Part shown: positions 12,321 through 21,523 of the stretch, one piece after another
Position numbering within the stretch: position 1 is the first letter of the stretch
How the letters are laid out: each line of letters begins with the position of its first letter
Translations under genes and position numbers: made by a program
The notes under the pieces: model-generated
The model's input: only the letters and a program-made list of their open reading frames with translations
Told to the model about the DNA's origin: nothing
Database searches by the model: none
Assembly: GCA_030649895.1 (NCBI GenBank)
Contig: JAUSEX010000045.1
Location: forward strand, 17,875 to 81,874
DNA: 64,000 bases
DNA from: Candidatus Omnitrophota bacterium
GTDB taxonomy: Bacteria > Omnitrophota > Gorgyraeia > Gorgyraeales > Gorgyraeaceae
Direction: 5' to 3'

Positions 12321-12348
12321 ATCATACCAAATTTTCTTTTTTTGTCAA
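12321..12348 (-). promoter_or_regulatory. Sigma70-type promoter of groESL
   Basis: TTGACA (12348-12343), 16-nt spacer, TGnTATGAT extended -10, just upstream of CIRCE. Confidence 0.7.
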
Positions 12349-12372
12349 GAAAAAAATTGATTATTTTGTGCG

Positions 12373-12439
12373 AAAATAGGGACAGCGACCTATTTTCCTA
12401 TTTAATGCTAGCTAGAAAATAGGTCGCTGTCCCTATTTT
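12373..12439. repeat. Palindromic element family B
   Basis: AAAATAGGGACAGCGACCTATTTTC...GAAAATAGGTCGCTGTCCCTATTTT. Confidence 0.92.
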
Positions 12440-12458
12440 TCTATTTTCTAAAAATTGA

Positions 12459-13157
12459 TTACTTATTTAATTCAAAGGAAATCACTACATTAAAGGTAAC
12501 TTGATATTGGTTCATACCCTGCGGAAAAGCCGGAAAAGAGCTTGCGTCCCTTATGCTATTTATAGCTATATTTCTTAACAGAGAGTCATCGACTGACCGG
12601 CTGTCAATTACCATTATATGAAGAAGTTCTCCGTTGGAAGCTACTACAAAAGACAGGTAAACCTCTCCCTGGCTCGCGCTCCCTTCTTTTAGATAATTCC
12701 TATCAGCGTAATATCTTATTTTTTCCCTGACTACTCTGTAATAACCTATGTAAGTGGCCTTCTTTCCGGCATCCTTCTCGTCGTTAACAACTGTTTCAAA
12801 TTTCTTGCCTTTGGCGCCTATTAAAGCTCTTGAGCTTGAACTTATAGTTTCAACAGTCGGCTCTTCCTTTTTAACCTGATCCCTTGTTGAAGCAGGCGGC
12901 GGGTTTACTATATCCTCTTTTTTTACCTCGGGCAATGCTTCGGGCGCCTTAGGAGGTAAAACATAGGGCACGCTAACCTCTGGCTTCTGGCCGATAACCT
13001 TTTTAGGTGTTTCTTTAATCTTAAAATACGCCACTTTTATAGGCCTAAGAGGCTCTTCTTTAGACAATACCCCCGTATAGGAAACACTCAGGAATACAGC
13101 AGAATGTAAAAGCATTGAAACCAGAAATGCGAGTTGAAACGATCTACTTCCAGACAT
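12459..13157 (-). CDS. TonB/TolA-family energy transducer
   Basis: N-terminal TM with SxxxH (SMLLHS), Pro/Lys-rich linker, TonB_C-like C-terminus; directly downstream of a TonB-dependent receptor. Confidence 0.75.
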   Translation of the reverse strand: MSGSRSFQLAFLVSMLLHSAVFLSVSYTGVLSKEEPLRPIKVAYFKIKETPKKVIGQKPEVSVPYVLPPKAPEALPEVKKEDIVNPPPASTRDQVKKEEPTVETISSSSRALIGAKGKKFETVVNDEKDAGKKATYIGYYRVVREKIRYYADRNYLKEGSASQGEVYLSFVVASNGELLHIMVIDSRSVDDSLLRNIAINSIRDASSFPAFPQGMNQYQVTFNVVISFELNK

Positions 13158-13203
13158 TTGTATTCATAATAACAACTATGCCGTTTTTTGTCAAACATTA
13201 GAA

Positions 13204-13340
13204 CTTCTCGAGTTTGCTCGCATCATTTGCTCTCATGACCGTTCGAAGAATACTGGAGTAGCGGAGCAAACTTTAGCGAGCTCCGCGCAATACTGTTCAA
13301 GCGAACATCCTGGCCAAATACGCAAGCCCAATCGAGAATA
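13204..13340. repeat. Family A full long L+R element
   Basis: CTTCTCGAG...CTCATGACCGTTCGAAGAATA-spacer-TACTGTTCAAGCGAACATCCTGG...ATCGAGAA. Confidence 0.85.
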
Positions 13341-13341
13341 T

Positions 13342-15369
13342 TTACCATTTATAGATTGCGCCAAGCTCGAAATTCCTCTCGGGCGCAGGGTAGTAAACTT
13401 TCTTAGTTGAAGATGTGCTCTTGGCAACATATTCTGAATATTTCTCATTGAAGATATTGTTAATACCTGTGTAGATTTCCAGAAAATCCTTTTTATAGGA
13501 CAGCTTGCTGTCCAGCACAAAATAGCTTTTAACCTTGGACAGTTCATTATTTGTATCATTTATTGCATAGCGCTCTCCTATAAATCTATTCGTAAGCGAG
13601 ATATCATAATTTTTAATGCCTGCGCTTAATCCGCTATTGTATTCATGCCTCGGGACCATCGGTATGTCTTTATTGCTGTAAGCGCCCCCTCTAAACTTAG
13701 GTTCCGCATAGGTGTAGTTAGTAAAGAATTCCAGTTTATCTAAAAAAGAACTGTCTTTTAATTTTAATAAATCTGCCTTCATGCCAAGCTCTATACCCTT
13801 GCGTCTTGTCTTTGGGTAATTATCGTTGTTGCCAGGAGGTACGGCAGGATTAAGATATATTTCATTTTCTATATCTATCCAGTAAGAGGTCGCGCTGAGA
13901 ATCAGAGTATCATGAAGATTATGCTTAATGCCTATTTCATACTGAATCCCTGTCTGCTGCTTAAGATTTGTATTTAACCCGCCCGTATATGTAGGAGGAA
14001 GCGCAGTGCTGTACCATTCGTCTGTAGCAAGAAATCTGAAAGTTTCCTGCACATCAAAATATATATTAGAGCCCTTAGCGTATTCATATTTCGTCCCCCC
14101 GCTAAATACAGTCTCGCTGGGAGTCCTGGTTTCGTACACAACGCTTGATTGTTTCTGGTCAAACCTGTATTTTGCTCTTTGATGTCTCGCGCCGCCACTT
14201 AAAAATAAATCCTCGAGTATTTCGTATTCTGAATAACTGTAAAAACCAAGTTCTTCCTTATAAATAGTCAAATCGTCTGTATTATTTTCGGAGCCTCTTA
14301 TAGTATGCTTTGTATCATAATAATCAATACCCGTTACTGTGTTAAGTACCTTGTTAGACATATCTTTATTATAAATATTTTTAAGGGTGACGCCCCGGCT
14401 ATCTATCATATATTTTGTACCGGTAGGCCATCCTGCGTTATTAAACCATGAATACGCATACCTGTTTCTATAAGAATAATCTATTGCAAATTTTCCTAAA
14501 TCTGCGCCATAAAACTGCGGTTTCGCGTCCATAGAGAGCTTTATATACCTGTCCTTTGTCGAAGCAGAATCTGAAGCCATAACTGACCCGCGCCTGCCAT
14601 ATGTATCCAACTGTCCCTGGTCATCCAGGCCTCCGGGCATCCCATAGTCATCTTTATGCCAACCCCAGCTTATGCCAAGCGACAGTAAATCCTCAGGGTC
14701 AAAATCAATCCTTGCGTTAATATCCTTTGAAAGCAAAGCGCTATTGGCCCTATAACCTTCTGTCTCGTAATATTTAGAGTAAAGGTAATAAGAAAACTTA
14801 TCATCTGAACCCTGCATCTCGATATCGTTCTGCCTTGCCCTGTAGCTGCCTAACATAGTCCCTATCCTGCCTGAAAATTTCCCCGCGCCTTTTTTTGTTA
14901 TGATATTTATCACTCCGCCCACTGCGTTGTCTCCATACAGAACAGAGCCGGCTCCTCTCAATACCTCTATCCTCTCGATAGACTCCACTGGTATCTGCAG
15001 CCAGTCAGGACCTGACATGTCTATCGAATTTACCTTCCTGCCATCTATAAGCACAAGCACATTATTAACAACCGTATCTGCAAAACCCCTGATATCCACC
15101 TTATTTGTTTTATCGCTAGAGTTGCTATAGACATTTATTCCGGCCTTCTGCCCCAAAACATCTGAAACATTTCTAGCGCCGGAAGATTCGATTTCTCTGG
15201 CCCCGATAACAGTAACGTTTGAAGTAGCTTCGTAATCAGATTGCTCCATCCTCGCAGGCGTAACCACTATCCTTTCCAGGTCAATATTGCCGTCTTCATC
15301 CGTTTCTGCGTAAACAAAACCTGCGCTGAGAATCAGCATCGCTGCTATACCAAACAATATCCTTTTCAT
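13342..15369 (-). CDS. btuB: TonB-dependent receptor, probably cobalamin (BtuB-like)
   Basis: Signal peptide, TonB box ERIVVT, plug IERIEVLRGAGSVLYG..AVGGVINIITK, C-terminal aromatic residue; B12 riboswitch upstream. Confidence 0.8.
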   Translation of the reverse strand: MKRILFGIAAMLILSAGFVYAETDEDGNIDLERIVVTPARMEQSDYEATSNVTVIGAREIESSGARNVSDVLGQKAGINVYSNSSDKTNKVDIRGFADTVVNNVLVLIDGRKVNSIDMSGPDWLQIPVESIERIEVLRGAGSVLYGDNAVGGVINIITKKGAGKFSGRIGTMLGSYRARQNDIEMQGSDDKFSYYLYSKYYETEGYRANSALLSKDINARIDFDPEDLLSLGISWGWHKDDYGMPGGLDDQGQLDTYGRRGSVMASDSASTKDRYIKLSMDAKPQFYGADLGKFAIDYSYRNRYAYSWFNNAGWPTGTKYMIDSRGVTLKNIYNKDMSNKVLNTVTGIDYYDTKHTIRGSENNTDDLTIYKEELGFYSYSEYEILEDLFLSGGARHQRAKYRFDQKQSSVVYETRTPSETVFSGGTKYEYAKGSNIYFDVQETFRFLATDEWYSTALPPTYTGGLNTNLKQQTGIQYEIGIKHNLHDTLILSATSYWIDIENEIYLNPAVPPGNNDNYPKTRRKGIELGMKADLLKLKDSSFLDKLEFFTNYTYAEPKFRGGAYSNKDIPMVPRHEYNSGLSAGIKNYDISLTNRFIGERYAINDTNNELSKVKSYFVLDSKLSYKKDFLEIYTGINNIFNEKYSEYVAKSTSSTKKVYYPAPERNFELGAIYKW

Positions 15370-15386
15370 TTTTCCTCCTTAAAAGT

Positions 15387-15415
15387 AAAAACCCTTGACG
15401 CTTTCGCATCAAGGG
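15387..15415 (-). terminator. Riboswitch expression-platform terminator
   Basis: Stem CCCTTGAtGC/GCgTCAAGGG followed by TTTTT on the minus strand, between the aptamer and the btuB RBS. Confidence 0.65.
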
Positions 15416-15480
15416 CTGCACCCTGGTTTACTTGGCCCTTTGCCGTCCATCGCGGCAAAAAAATCTATCAAATATATCGT

Positions 15481-15632
15481 AAGGTTTTCTGGCTCAAGGC
15501 ATGGTTCGACAAGCTCACCACTTTCCTACTTTCCGCGCCTTCTCGTCCGCCCAAGGCGAACAATGGCTTTTTGCAGATTTCGTTCCTTTTACAGCAGCGG
15601 GGCTGCGCTAAATTTACATCAGCTTCCCTTAG
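15481..15632 (-). ncRNA. Cobalamin riboswitch
   Basis: Minus strand AAGGGAAGCTGATGTAAATTTAGCGCAGCCCCGCTGCTGTAA...GCCATTG...GAGAAGG...GAGCCAGAAAACCT (B12 box); upstream of a btuB-like gene. Confidence 0.85.
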
Positions 15633-15645
15633 ACAATATAAAATA

Positions 15646-16250
15646 TTATTCGGTTTTATTTTTTATACAACAATTATTGCTTCGTGTCAATCTTTTATTT
15701 TTAATAATCTTGTACGCGGCCCAAACTAATATACCGAAACCCAATATCAGGAGAGTCGGCTTTGTATATTTCATAAGGCTAAGACCGAACATAGATAAGA
15801 TAAATATCCTGGGAATAACTCCAATAACAGTATATATAACAAATTGAGGCAATGGTATTTTTACAATACCTGCCGCTATTGAAAAAACCTTAAACGGCAC
15901 AACTGGAACAATCCTCCCTATTAAAACGCTGAAAGGACCGTATTTTTTTGCAAACGATTCTGCCCTTTCAATATGATGCGGTTTTATAAAAACAAACTGC
16001 CATATTTAATCATGAGCGGCTTAGCTCCATATTTTCCTATTAGGTACCCTATTATGCCGCCAAACGTTGCTCCAAGAGAACCGAATATCACAATCGACGC
16101 TACAGAAATACCGGCTGCAGCAGCTCCTATTATAATAATCTCTGAGGGTATAGGTACAATGCTTGATTCCAGCAACATGCCTAAAAATACGCCAAAATCT
16201 CCAAAATGATTTATAAACTCCAATATTTTAGTTTGCAGCACGTGTTCCAT
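15646..16250 (-). pseudogene. DedA-family membrane protein split by a 1-nt frameshift near 15990
   Basis: LESSIVPIPSE...IGYLIGKYG in one frame; FIKPHHIERAESFAKKYG..VLIGRIVPVVP...SIAAG continues in another. Confidence 0.8.
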
Positions 16251-17022
16251 TATTTTTCACCAGAAATATATGAGGGCGCGAAGTAAGCGGATTCTCTTTT
16301 ACTATAACAACTGTCTTGTACGCCTCTTCTATTGTTTTATAGTTTAAAACTTCTTTTGGATCGCCTTTGCTTTTTATCATACCATCGCTCAGTAAAATAA
16401 GCTTATCGCAATAATCCGAAGCTAGGTTTAAATCGTGCAATATTGCCACAATTGTCAGGCCTGACTCTTTATTCATTCTCCTCAATAACTCGAATATCTG
16501 AACTTGATGGTTTATATCCAGGTGAGTGGTAGGCTCGTCCAGGAATAAAATCTTTGGCTCTTGCGCAATAGCCTTGGCAATAATCGCCCTCTGCCTTTCG
16601 CCTCCGCTCAACTCATCTATAAACCTGTCTTTCAGATGAAGCGCGTCTACGAATTCCAGCGCCTCCAAAGCAACCCTTAAGTCTTTCCGGGACTCAAAAC
16701 CAAACCTATTTATATAAGGTATGCGGCCCATTAAAACCACGTCTATCACTTTGAACGGAAACATGAATGCGGTATCCTGAGGCACAACAGCCATAATAGT
16801 AGCTAACTCCTTTAAGCTCATACCCGCCAGATTTTTCCCTTCCAGAAACACCTCTCCGCTGAAAGGGCGTATCGCCTTCGTAGCAGCCCTCAGAAGAGTG
16901 GTTTTACCGGAACCGTTAGGCCCTATTATGCCGGCAAAATCGCCTTTTTGGATATTAAACGAAATACCTTTCAATATCTCTGAATTATTATAACCTGCGC
17001 GGACATCTGAAAAAGAAAACAT
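16228..17022 (-). CDS. Cobalamin/iron-chelate ABC transporter ATPase (BtuD/FecE-like)
   Basis: GPNGSGKTT, LSGGERQR, LDEPTTHLD, LHDLNLA; ATG 17022 overlaps the permease stop. Confidence 0.92.
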   Translation of the reverse strand: MFSFSDVRAGYNNSEILKGISFNIQKGDFAGIIGPNGSGKTTLLRAATKAIRPFSGEVFLEGKNLAGMSLKELATIMAVVPQDTAFMFPFKVIDVVLMGRIPYINRFGFESRKDLRVALEALEFVDALHLKDRFIDELSGGERQRAIIAKAIAQEPKILFLDEPTTHLDINHQVQIFELLRRMNKESGLTIVAILHDLNLASDYCDKLILLSDGMIKSKGDPKEVLNYKTIEEAYKTVVIVKENPLTSRPHIFLVKNNGTRAAN

Positions 17023-17993
17023 TATTTGAAATACGCCTTTCTGGATTTTTTTAACACATAGATAAAAAACGGGACGCCTATAAAAGAGGTTATTACCCCT
17101 ATAGGCACTTCCTTGGGCGCTAATATAGTTTTGGAAAATATATCGCACAATAAAAGAAATATCGAGCCCATTAAAACGCTTGCCGGCAAAAGCAGCCTGT
17201 GATCAGGGCCTGTAAGCCTTCTTGCGATATGAGGCATCATTAAACCTGTAAAACCTATTATCCCGCAGACAGAAACAGCAAGGCTTGTCACAAAAGTCGC
17301 AACCCCCAGAAGTATTATTTTGACTTTTTCTATATCTATGCCAAGATGCCTCGCCTCTTCTTCTCCTAATGATATCGCGTTCAGCTCTCTTGAAAATACG
17401 AACGAAACTAAAAATCCCGCCAGGGAAGCCAGAAACAGCGTCAAGACAGGCGCTATTTTATAGGCCTGCAGATTCCCGAGCAACCACCAGATTACGGAAT
17501 GGATATTTCCGCTGGAAGAATTTGAAATAAGAAACATCAGGATGCTTGAAAGAAACCCGTTAACTACAATACCCGCTATTATCATATTTTCAGATGTCAT
17601 GCGGCCATCTATTTTCGCAAGCTTGTAAACAAGGGCTATTGTAATAACTCCGCCTAAAAACGCCGTAATATTCACGCCTATCCCCAGCGATACAAATAAA
17701 AGCCCGATAACAGCGCCTAATCCCGCGCCAGAAGATACGCCCAGGACATAAGGCTCTGCCAGAGGATTCCTTAGCACGGTCTGCAGTATCACTCCCGCTA
17801 CGCTTAAACCGGCGCCCGCAGCAACTGCCAGCAAAGCCCTCAATAGCCTAAGTTTAAAAATCTCAAAAAATGCCGGCTCAAATATTTTACTTACAGGCAC
17901 CTTAACCGCTCCTATAAAAATATTAAGGATAATAAGCGCCAGCAAGCAAATGACCAGCATAAATAAAAACCGCGCTGCTCTAAATTTACTCAT
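17022..17993 (-). CDS. FecCD/BtuC-family permease
   Basis: LQTVLRNPLAEPYVLGVSSGA, LGEEEARHLG, GIIGFTGLMMPH. Confidence 0.93.
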   Translation of the reverse strand: MSKFRAARFLFMLVICLLALIILNIFIGAVKVPVSKIFEPAFFEIFKLRLLRALLAVAAGAGLSVAGVILQTVLRNPLAEPYVLGVSSGAGLGAVIGLLFVSLGIGVNITAFLGGVITIALVYKLAKIDGRMTSENMIIAGIVVNGFLSSILMFLISNSSSGNIHSVIWWLLGNLQAYKIAPVLTLFLASLAGFLVSFVFSRELNAISLGEEEARHLGIDIEKVKIILLGVATFVTSLAVSVCGIIGFTGLMMPHIARRLTGPDHRLLLPASVLMGSIFLLLCDIFSKTILAPKEVPIGVITSFIGVPFFIYVLKKSRKAYFK

Positions 17994-18771
17994 AAAATAT
18001 TTTGTTAAGCATTTCAACCGCCTCTATGGCCCTGGGGCCGGGCCTTAAAATTAAATCCGGGTCCAAGTCCCTGTATATCCTCTTGTTTTTTACCGCATTC
18101 ACAGAGCCCGGAAAATTGTTCTTATCCGTAAATCCTATCGCTAAAATTATATCCGGATTCCTGTCTATCAGCGCCTCATAGCTGAAAACGCCTGAATCGT
18201 CTTTTACGTCCTGCGCGATATTTTCCCCGCCTGCCAGCCTTATAATATCGCTTACAAAAGAGGAAACCGTTACGAGCGGGTCATCGAACAATTGGACAAA
18301 GACCTTAGGCGCAGGCCGGATTCTTTTCTGAGAAATGTTTTTGATCCTGGATTGCATATCCCGGAAAATGTTTTCCGCGTCCTGTTCCCTGTCAAAAATA
18401 ACCCCAAGCTGCCTGATATCGCTATGCAGGCCTTCCATCGTGCTCGGGGAAATCTTTATAATCTTTATACCCAGGCTGTTGAGATAATCCTCTCTGGCCT
18501 TGCCCAGTCCCGAATTTACCAGGATATAATCAGGCCTTAATAAAATTATTCTTTCCATGTTTGGGTTATTAAAGGTGCCGAGGCGCTCTATATTCTTTAC
18601 TTGTTCCGGGTAATCTGAAAAATCATCCAGGCCTATAACTGAATCGCCCAGTCCTAAGCTGAACAAGATTTCAGTTGTATTCGGGGCTAGAGAAATTATT
18701 CTCGGAGCTGCCTCTAATCTGCAGGCAAAGGCCAGCAACAAAACTACTACTGCTAAAAATATTTTTCTCAT
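17986..18771 (-). CDS. BtuF-like periplasmic binding protein
   Basis: PRIISLAPNTTEILFSLG, SDYP, RPGPR. Confidence 0.9.
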   Translation of the reverse strand: MRKIFLAVVVLLLAFACRLEAAPRIISLAPNTTEILFSLGLGDSVIGLDDFSDYPEQVKNIERLGTFNNPNMERIILLRPDYILVNSGLGKAREDYLNSLGIKIIKISPSTMEGLHSDIRQLGVIFDREQDAENIFRDMQSRIKNISQKRIRPAPKVFVQLFDDPLVTVSSFVSDIIRLAGGENIAQDVKDDSGVFSYEALIDRNPDIILAIGFTDKNNFPGSVNAVKNKRIYRDLDPDLILRPGPRAIEAVEMLNKIFYE

Positions 18772-18864
18772 GGGAAACCGTGCCCGATCTACGGACAGGA
18801 ACGGTCAATTGTCCAGCCGCTTGGAAATCGGATCTTGCTGAAGCCGACAAACTGCTTCGCTACG

Positions 18865-19473
18865 CTAATATTCTATCCCTTTTCTCGCATTTACCTGCTG
18901 CCTTAAAGGGTGTTTTTTGTCCACCATTATGGTCACGTAATCCGCGAATTTTTCCAGCTCAGAGATATCGCCCCTGCCGGTCAGCACAAGCTCTATATCT
19001 CCCGGGGCATTTTTAACCAAATCCAAAAATTCTTTTTTTCCGCTAAACCCCTGGTCTATAACATTTATGACCTCATCCAATATAATCATGTCGTATTTGC
19101 CGCCAAAAATAGCCCTCTTTGCATCTGCCATAGCTTTTCCGATAGATTTCTTTATTTTTTCTTTGGTTCTCGACTCGGCCTTCGGCCTCGCTCGAACAAT
19201 ATTCTTCAAGCGAGTCTCTCGGCTTCGCTCGGGATAAACTCCGCGAATAGAGAAGACTTCTTTCTTTTCCATAAACATCGGATGCTCTTGCTCATATTTT
19301 ACCACTTTAATACTCTTTATTTTCTTCGCTGATATTTCTTCTCCACAGACTAACTTTCTGGGTTTTAAAAATTGAAATATAACGACCTTGAGCCCCTGGC
19401 CGCTTGCGCGCATAGCAAGGCCGAAACTCGAAGTAGTCTTCCCTTTGCCATTTCCAGTATAAATATGTATCAT
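18865..19473 (-). CDS. cobO: Cob(I)yrinic acid adenosyltransferase (CobO/BtuR) with in-frame repeat insertion
   Basis: IHIYTGNGKGKTT, ILDE, ELVLTGR, ADYVT, KHP...GIEY. Confidence 0.93.
   Translation of the reverse strand: MIHIYTGNGKGKTTSSFGLAMRASGQGLKVVIFQFLKPRKLVCGEEISAKKIKSIKVVKYEQEHPMFMEKKEVFSIRGVYPERSRETRLKNIVRARPKAESRTKEKIKKSIGKAMADAKRAIFGGKYDMIILDEVINVIDQGFSGKKEFLDLVKNAPGDIELVLTGRGDISELEKFADYVTIMVDKKHPLRQQVNARKGIEY
19166..19255. repeat. Family A element pair inserted in frame in cobO (90 bp)
   Basis: GTTCTCGACTCGGCCTTCGGCCTCGCTCGAACAATATTCTTCAAGCG...AGAGAAG; encodes FSIRGVYPERSRETRLKNIVRARPKAESRT. Confidence 0.9.
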
Positions 19474-19476
19474 ATT

Positions 19477-19974
19477 TTACATTAAAGTATTTTTGCCTAA
19501 AAGCGTAAGCGCGGTCACTATAATAGCTGCTATAATAACCCCGAAAGTCACTGCTATAAAAGCCGGGATAAAGCGCATACGTAAAAGCGAGGCGACTATG
19601 GCTCCGGTCCACGCCCCTGTGCCAGGCAAAGGCACTGCCACGAATAACATCAGGCCTATTGTCTCATATTTTTCCACAATACCGGCGTGAGCCTTTGCCC
19701 TTTTAAAAAGCCATTCGAAGAATCCGCGCATAAATCTGGTCTTGCTAAGCTTTTTAGAAATTGGGTTCAATAAAAAATATATAGGGGCTATAGGAAGGAT
19801 ATTCCCTAAAACAGAAAAGAAAAACGTGGCTTTAACGGTTTGCTTTAATACCAGGATTCCTATGGGGATGGATGCCCTCAATTCCGTAACGGGCAGCGCG
19901 CCTAAAAACAATATTACAGCCTTGGGAGAAAACCCAAAAGAAGTAAAAAAATCAAATATTTTTTCCTGAATCAT
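19477..19974 (-). CDS. Putative small multidrug-export family membrane protein (COG2426)
   Basis: LPVTELRASIP and FVAVPLPGTGAWTG motifs. Confidence 0.85.
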   Translation of the reverse strand: MIQEKIFDFFTSFGFSPKAVILFLGALPVTELRASIPIGILVLKQTVKATFFFSVLGNILPIAPIYFLLNPISKKLSKTRFMRGFFEWLFKRAKAHAGIVEKYETIGLMLFVAVPLPGTGAWTGAIVASLLRMRFIPAFIAVTFGVIIAAIIVTALTLLGKNTLM

Positions 19975-20645
19975 TTTCGTGGATATTCGCTAATAATGAA
20001 TCTTACAAATCTCATAGTATCTAAAAAAGGGTTTATCTGGCTGATTTCATTTTCATAGATAGACTCTATATTTACTGAAGACATCTTCAGTCCTCTGCGG
20101 CTGGCCTCCGTAATCATCTCTGATTCGATTTCATATTTTACCGTGTTCAGTTTCATTTTCTCTATGCCTTTTCTGGATATCATCCTGTAGCCGCACTGGG
20201 TATCGTTAATATTTTTGGTTATAATCATAGATACTATAAATGACATGCACACATTCGCGCACCACCTGATAAAAGGCATTTTTTTGGGGTCATGGAGCCT
20301 GTTGCCTAAAACAAGGTCTGCGCCTGATTTTTTGTATTCTTCTATAAATTTATCAACATCTTTAAGGCTGTGCTGACCGTCTCCATCCATTGTAATAACA
20401 GCCTCGCAGTTATTTTCCAGGGCGTATTCCAGGCCTTCGCGTATACAGAGGCCCTTCCCTGTATTCTTTGCGTGTACAATCAGTTCTGCCCCGTATTTAT
20501 TGGCTTCCACCATGGTCTTGTCTTTAGAGCCATCGTCCACCACAATAACTCTAAAACCCCTTTGGCACAGCTGATTGACAATAGGCCCGATAGTCTTGCT
20601 TTCATTATACGCGGGTATTACTATAAAGATATCGGTTTTATTCAT
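19971..20645 (-). CDS. GT2 glycosyltransferase (DPM/DPG synthase-like)
   Basis: VIPAYNE, VDDGSKD, MDGDGQH, DTQCGYR. Confidence 0.92.
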   Translation of the reverse strand: MNKTDIFIVIPAYNESKTIGPIVNQLCQRGFRVIVVDDGSKDKTMVEANKYGAELIVHAKNTGKGLCIREGLEYALENNCEAVITMDGDGQHSLKDVDKFIEEYKKSGADLVLGNRLHDPKKMPFIRWCANVCMSFIVSMIITKNINDTQCGYRMISRKGIEKMKLNTVKYEIESEMITEASRRGLKMSSVNIESIYENEISQINPFLDTMRFVRFIISEYPRK

Positions 20646-21523
20646 ATTGCCATCTCGTCAACAGGCGCGTCCCAGAATCTTCTGAATATCAGCCATTGCT
20701 CAGGATACAGCCTTATATATTTTTCCATAACAGCTACGAATTTATAGCTTGCCTGCTTTATTATTTCATCCTTATCCACCCCGGGTGTTTCCTTTACTTC
20801 TATCGGAGCGCTGAATATAAGTTTATAATTAAAGGAATCCTGCCTAATAAACATGCCCGGTATGATAGGTGAATTGGTTTTCAAAGCGAACATGGCAGGA
20901 CCTTTTGGGATGCTTGTGGGTATGCCAAAAAAATCCATCACCACGCCGCTATCTGTAAAATCTCTGTCGCCCGCAAGCGCCAGCAGGCCTTTTCTCCGCA
21001 AGACTGATACGCAGCGTTTCATGCTATGATCTATCGGAATTACCTTCAATCCTTTATCTTCGCGTTGTTTTATAAAAAAATCATTTATATTTTTGTGCCT
21101 GTGATTTAGGGCGACAGCGCTTATATCATAACCCAGCATTGCCATGGTAACCCCGCCCATTTCCCAGTTACCGATATGGCATGTCAGGATAATTCCGCCC
21201 CTGTTCTGCTTTAAAACCCCGTCTATAATTTCAAGCCCTTCCACCTTTACCCTTCTTTCCATCTCTTCCTTGCTTAGATTCTGCATCCTGAAAAAATCCA
21301 CAAGATACAGCCCAAAATTTCTAAACACCTTTCTGGCAAGTTTCTGGCTTTCCTCGGCATTTTTCTTTGTTATAATGCCCAAGTTCTGCGCCACGGCATT
21401 CCTGTCTCTTTTAGAGACCGCGTACTGAATATCGGAAACCCTCTTCGCCAGGCTGTAGGCAAGTTTCAGAGGTAATGTATTCGCCACAAAATAGCCTATC
21501 CTGTATAAAATATAAAATATCAT
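20642..21523 (-). CDS. Lysophospholipid/lipid A-type acyltransferase (HtrB/PatA-like)
   Basis: HIGNWE, DRDF...FFG, YPEQWL motifs. Confidence 0.88.
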   Translation of the reverse strand: MIFYILYRIGYFVANTLPLKLAYSLAKRVSDIQYAVSKRDRNAVAQNLGIITKKNAEESQKLARKVFRNFGLYLVDFFRMQNLSKEEMERRVKVEGLEIIDGVLKQNRGGIILTCHIGNWEMGGVTMAMLGYDISAVALNHRHKNINDFFIKQREDKGLKVIPIDHSMKRCVSVLRRKGLLALAGDRDFTDSGVVMDFFGIPTSIPKGPAMFALKTNSPIIPGMFIRQDSFNYKLIFSAPIEVKETPGVDKDEIIKQASYKFVAVMEKYIRLYPEQWLIFRRFWDAPVDEMAI

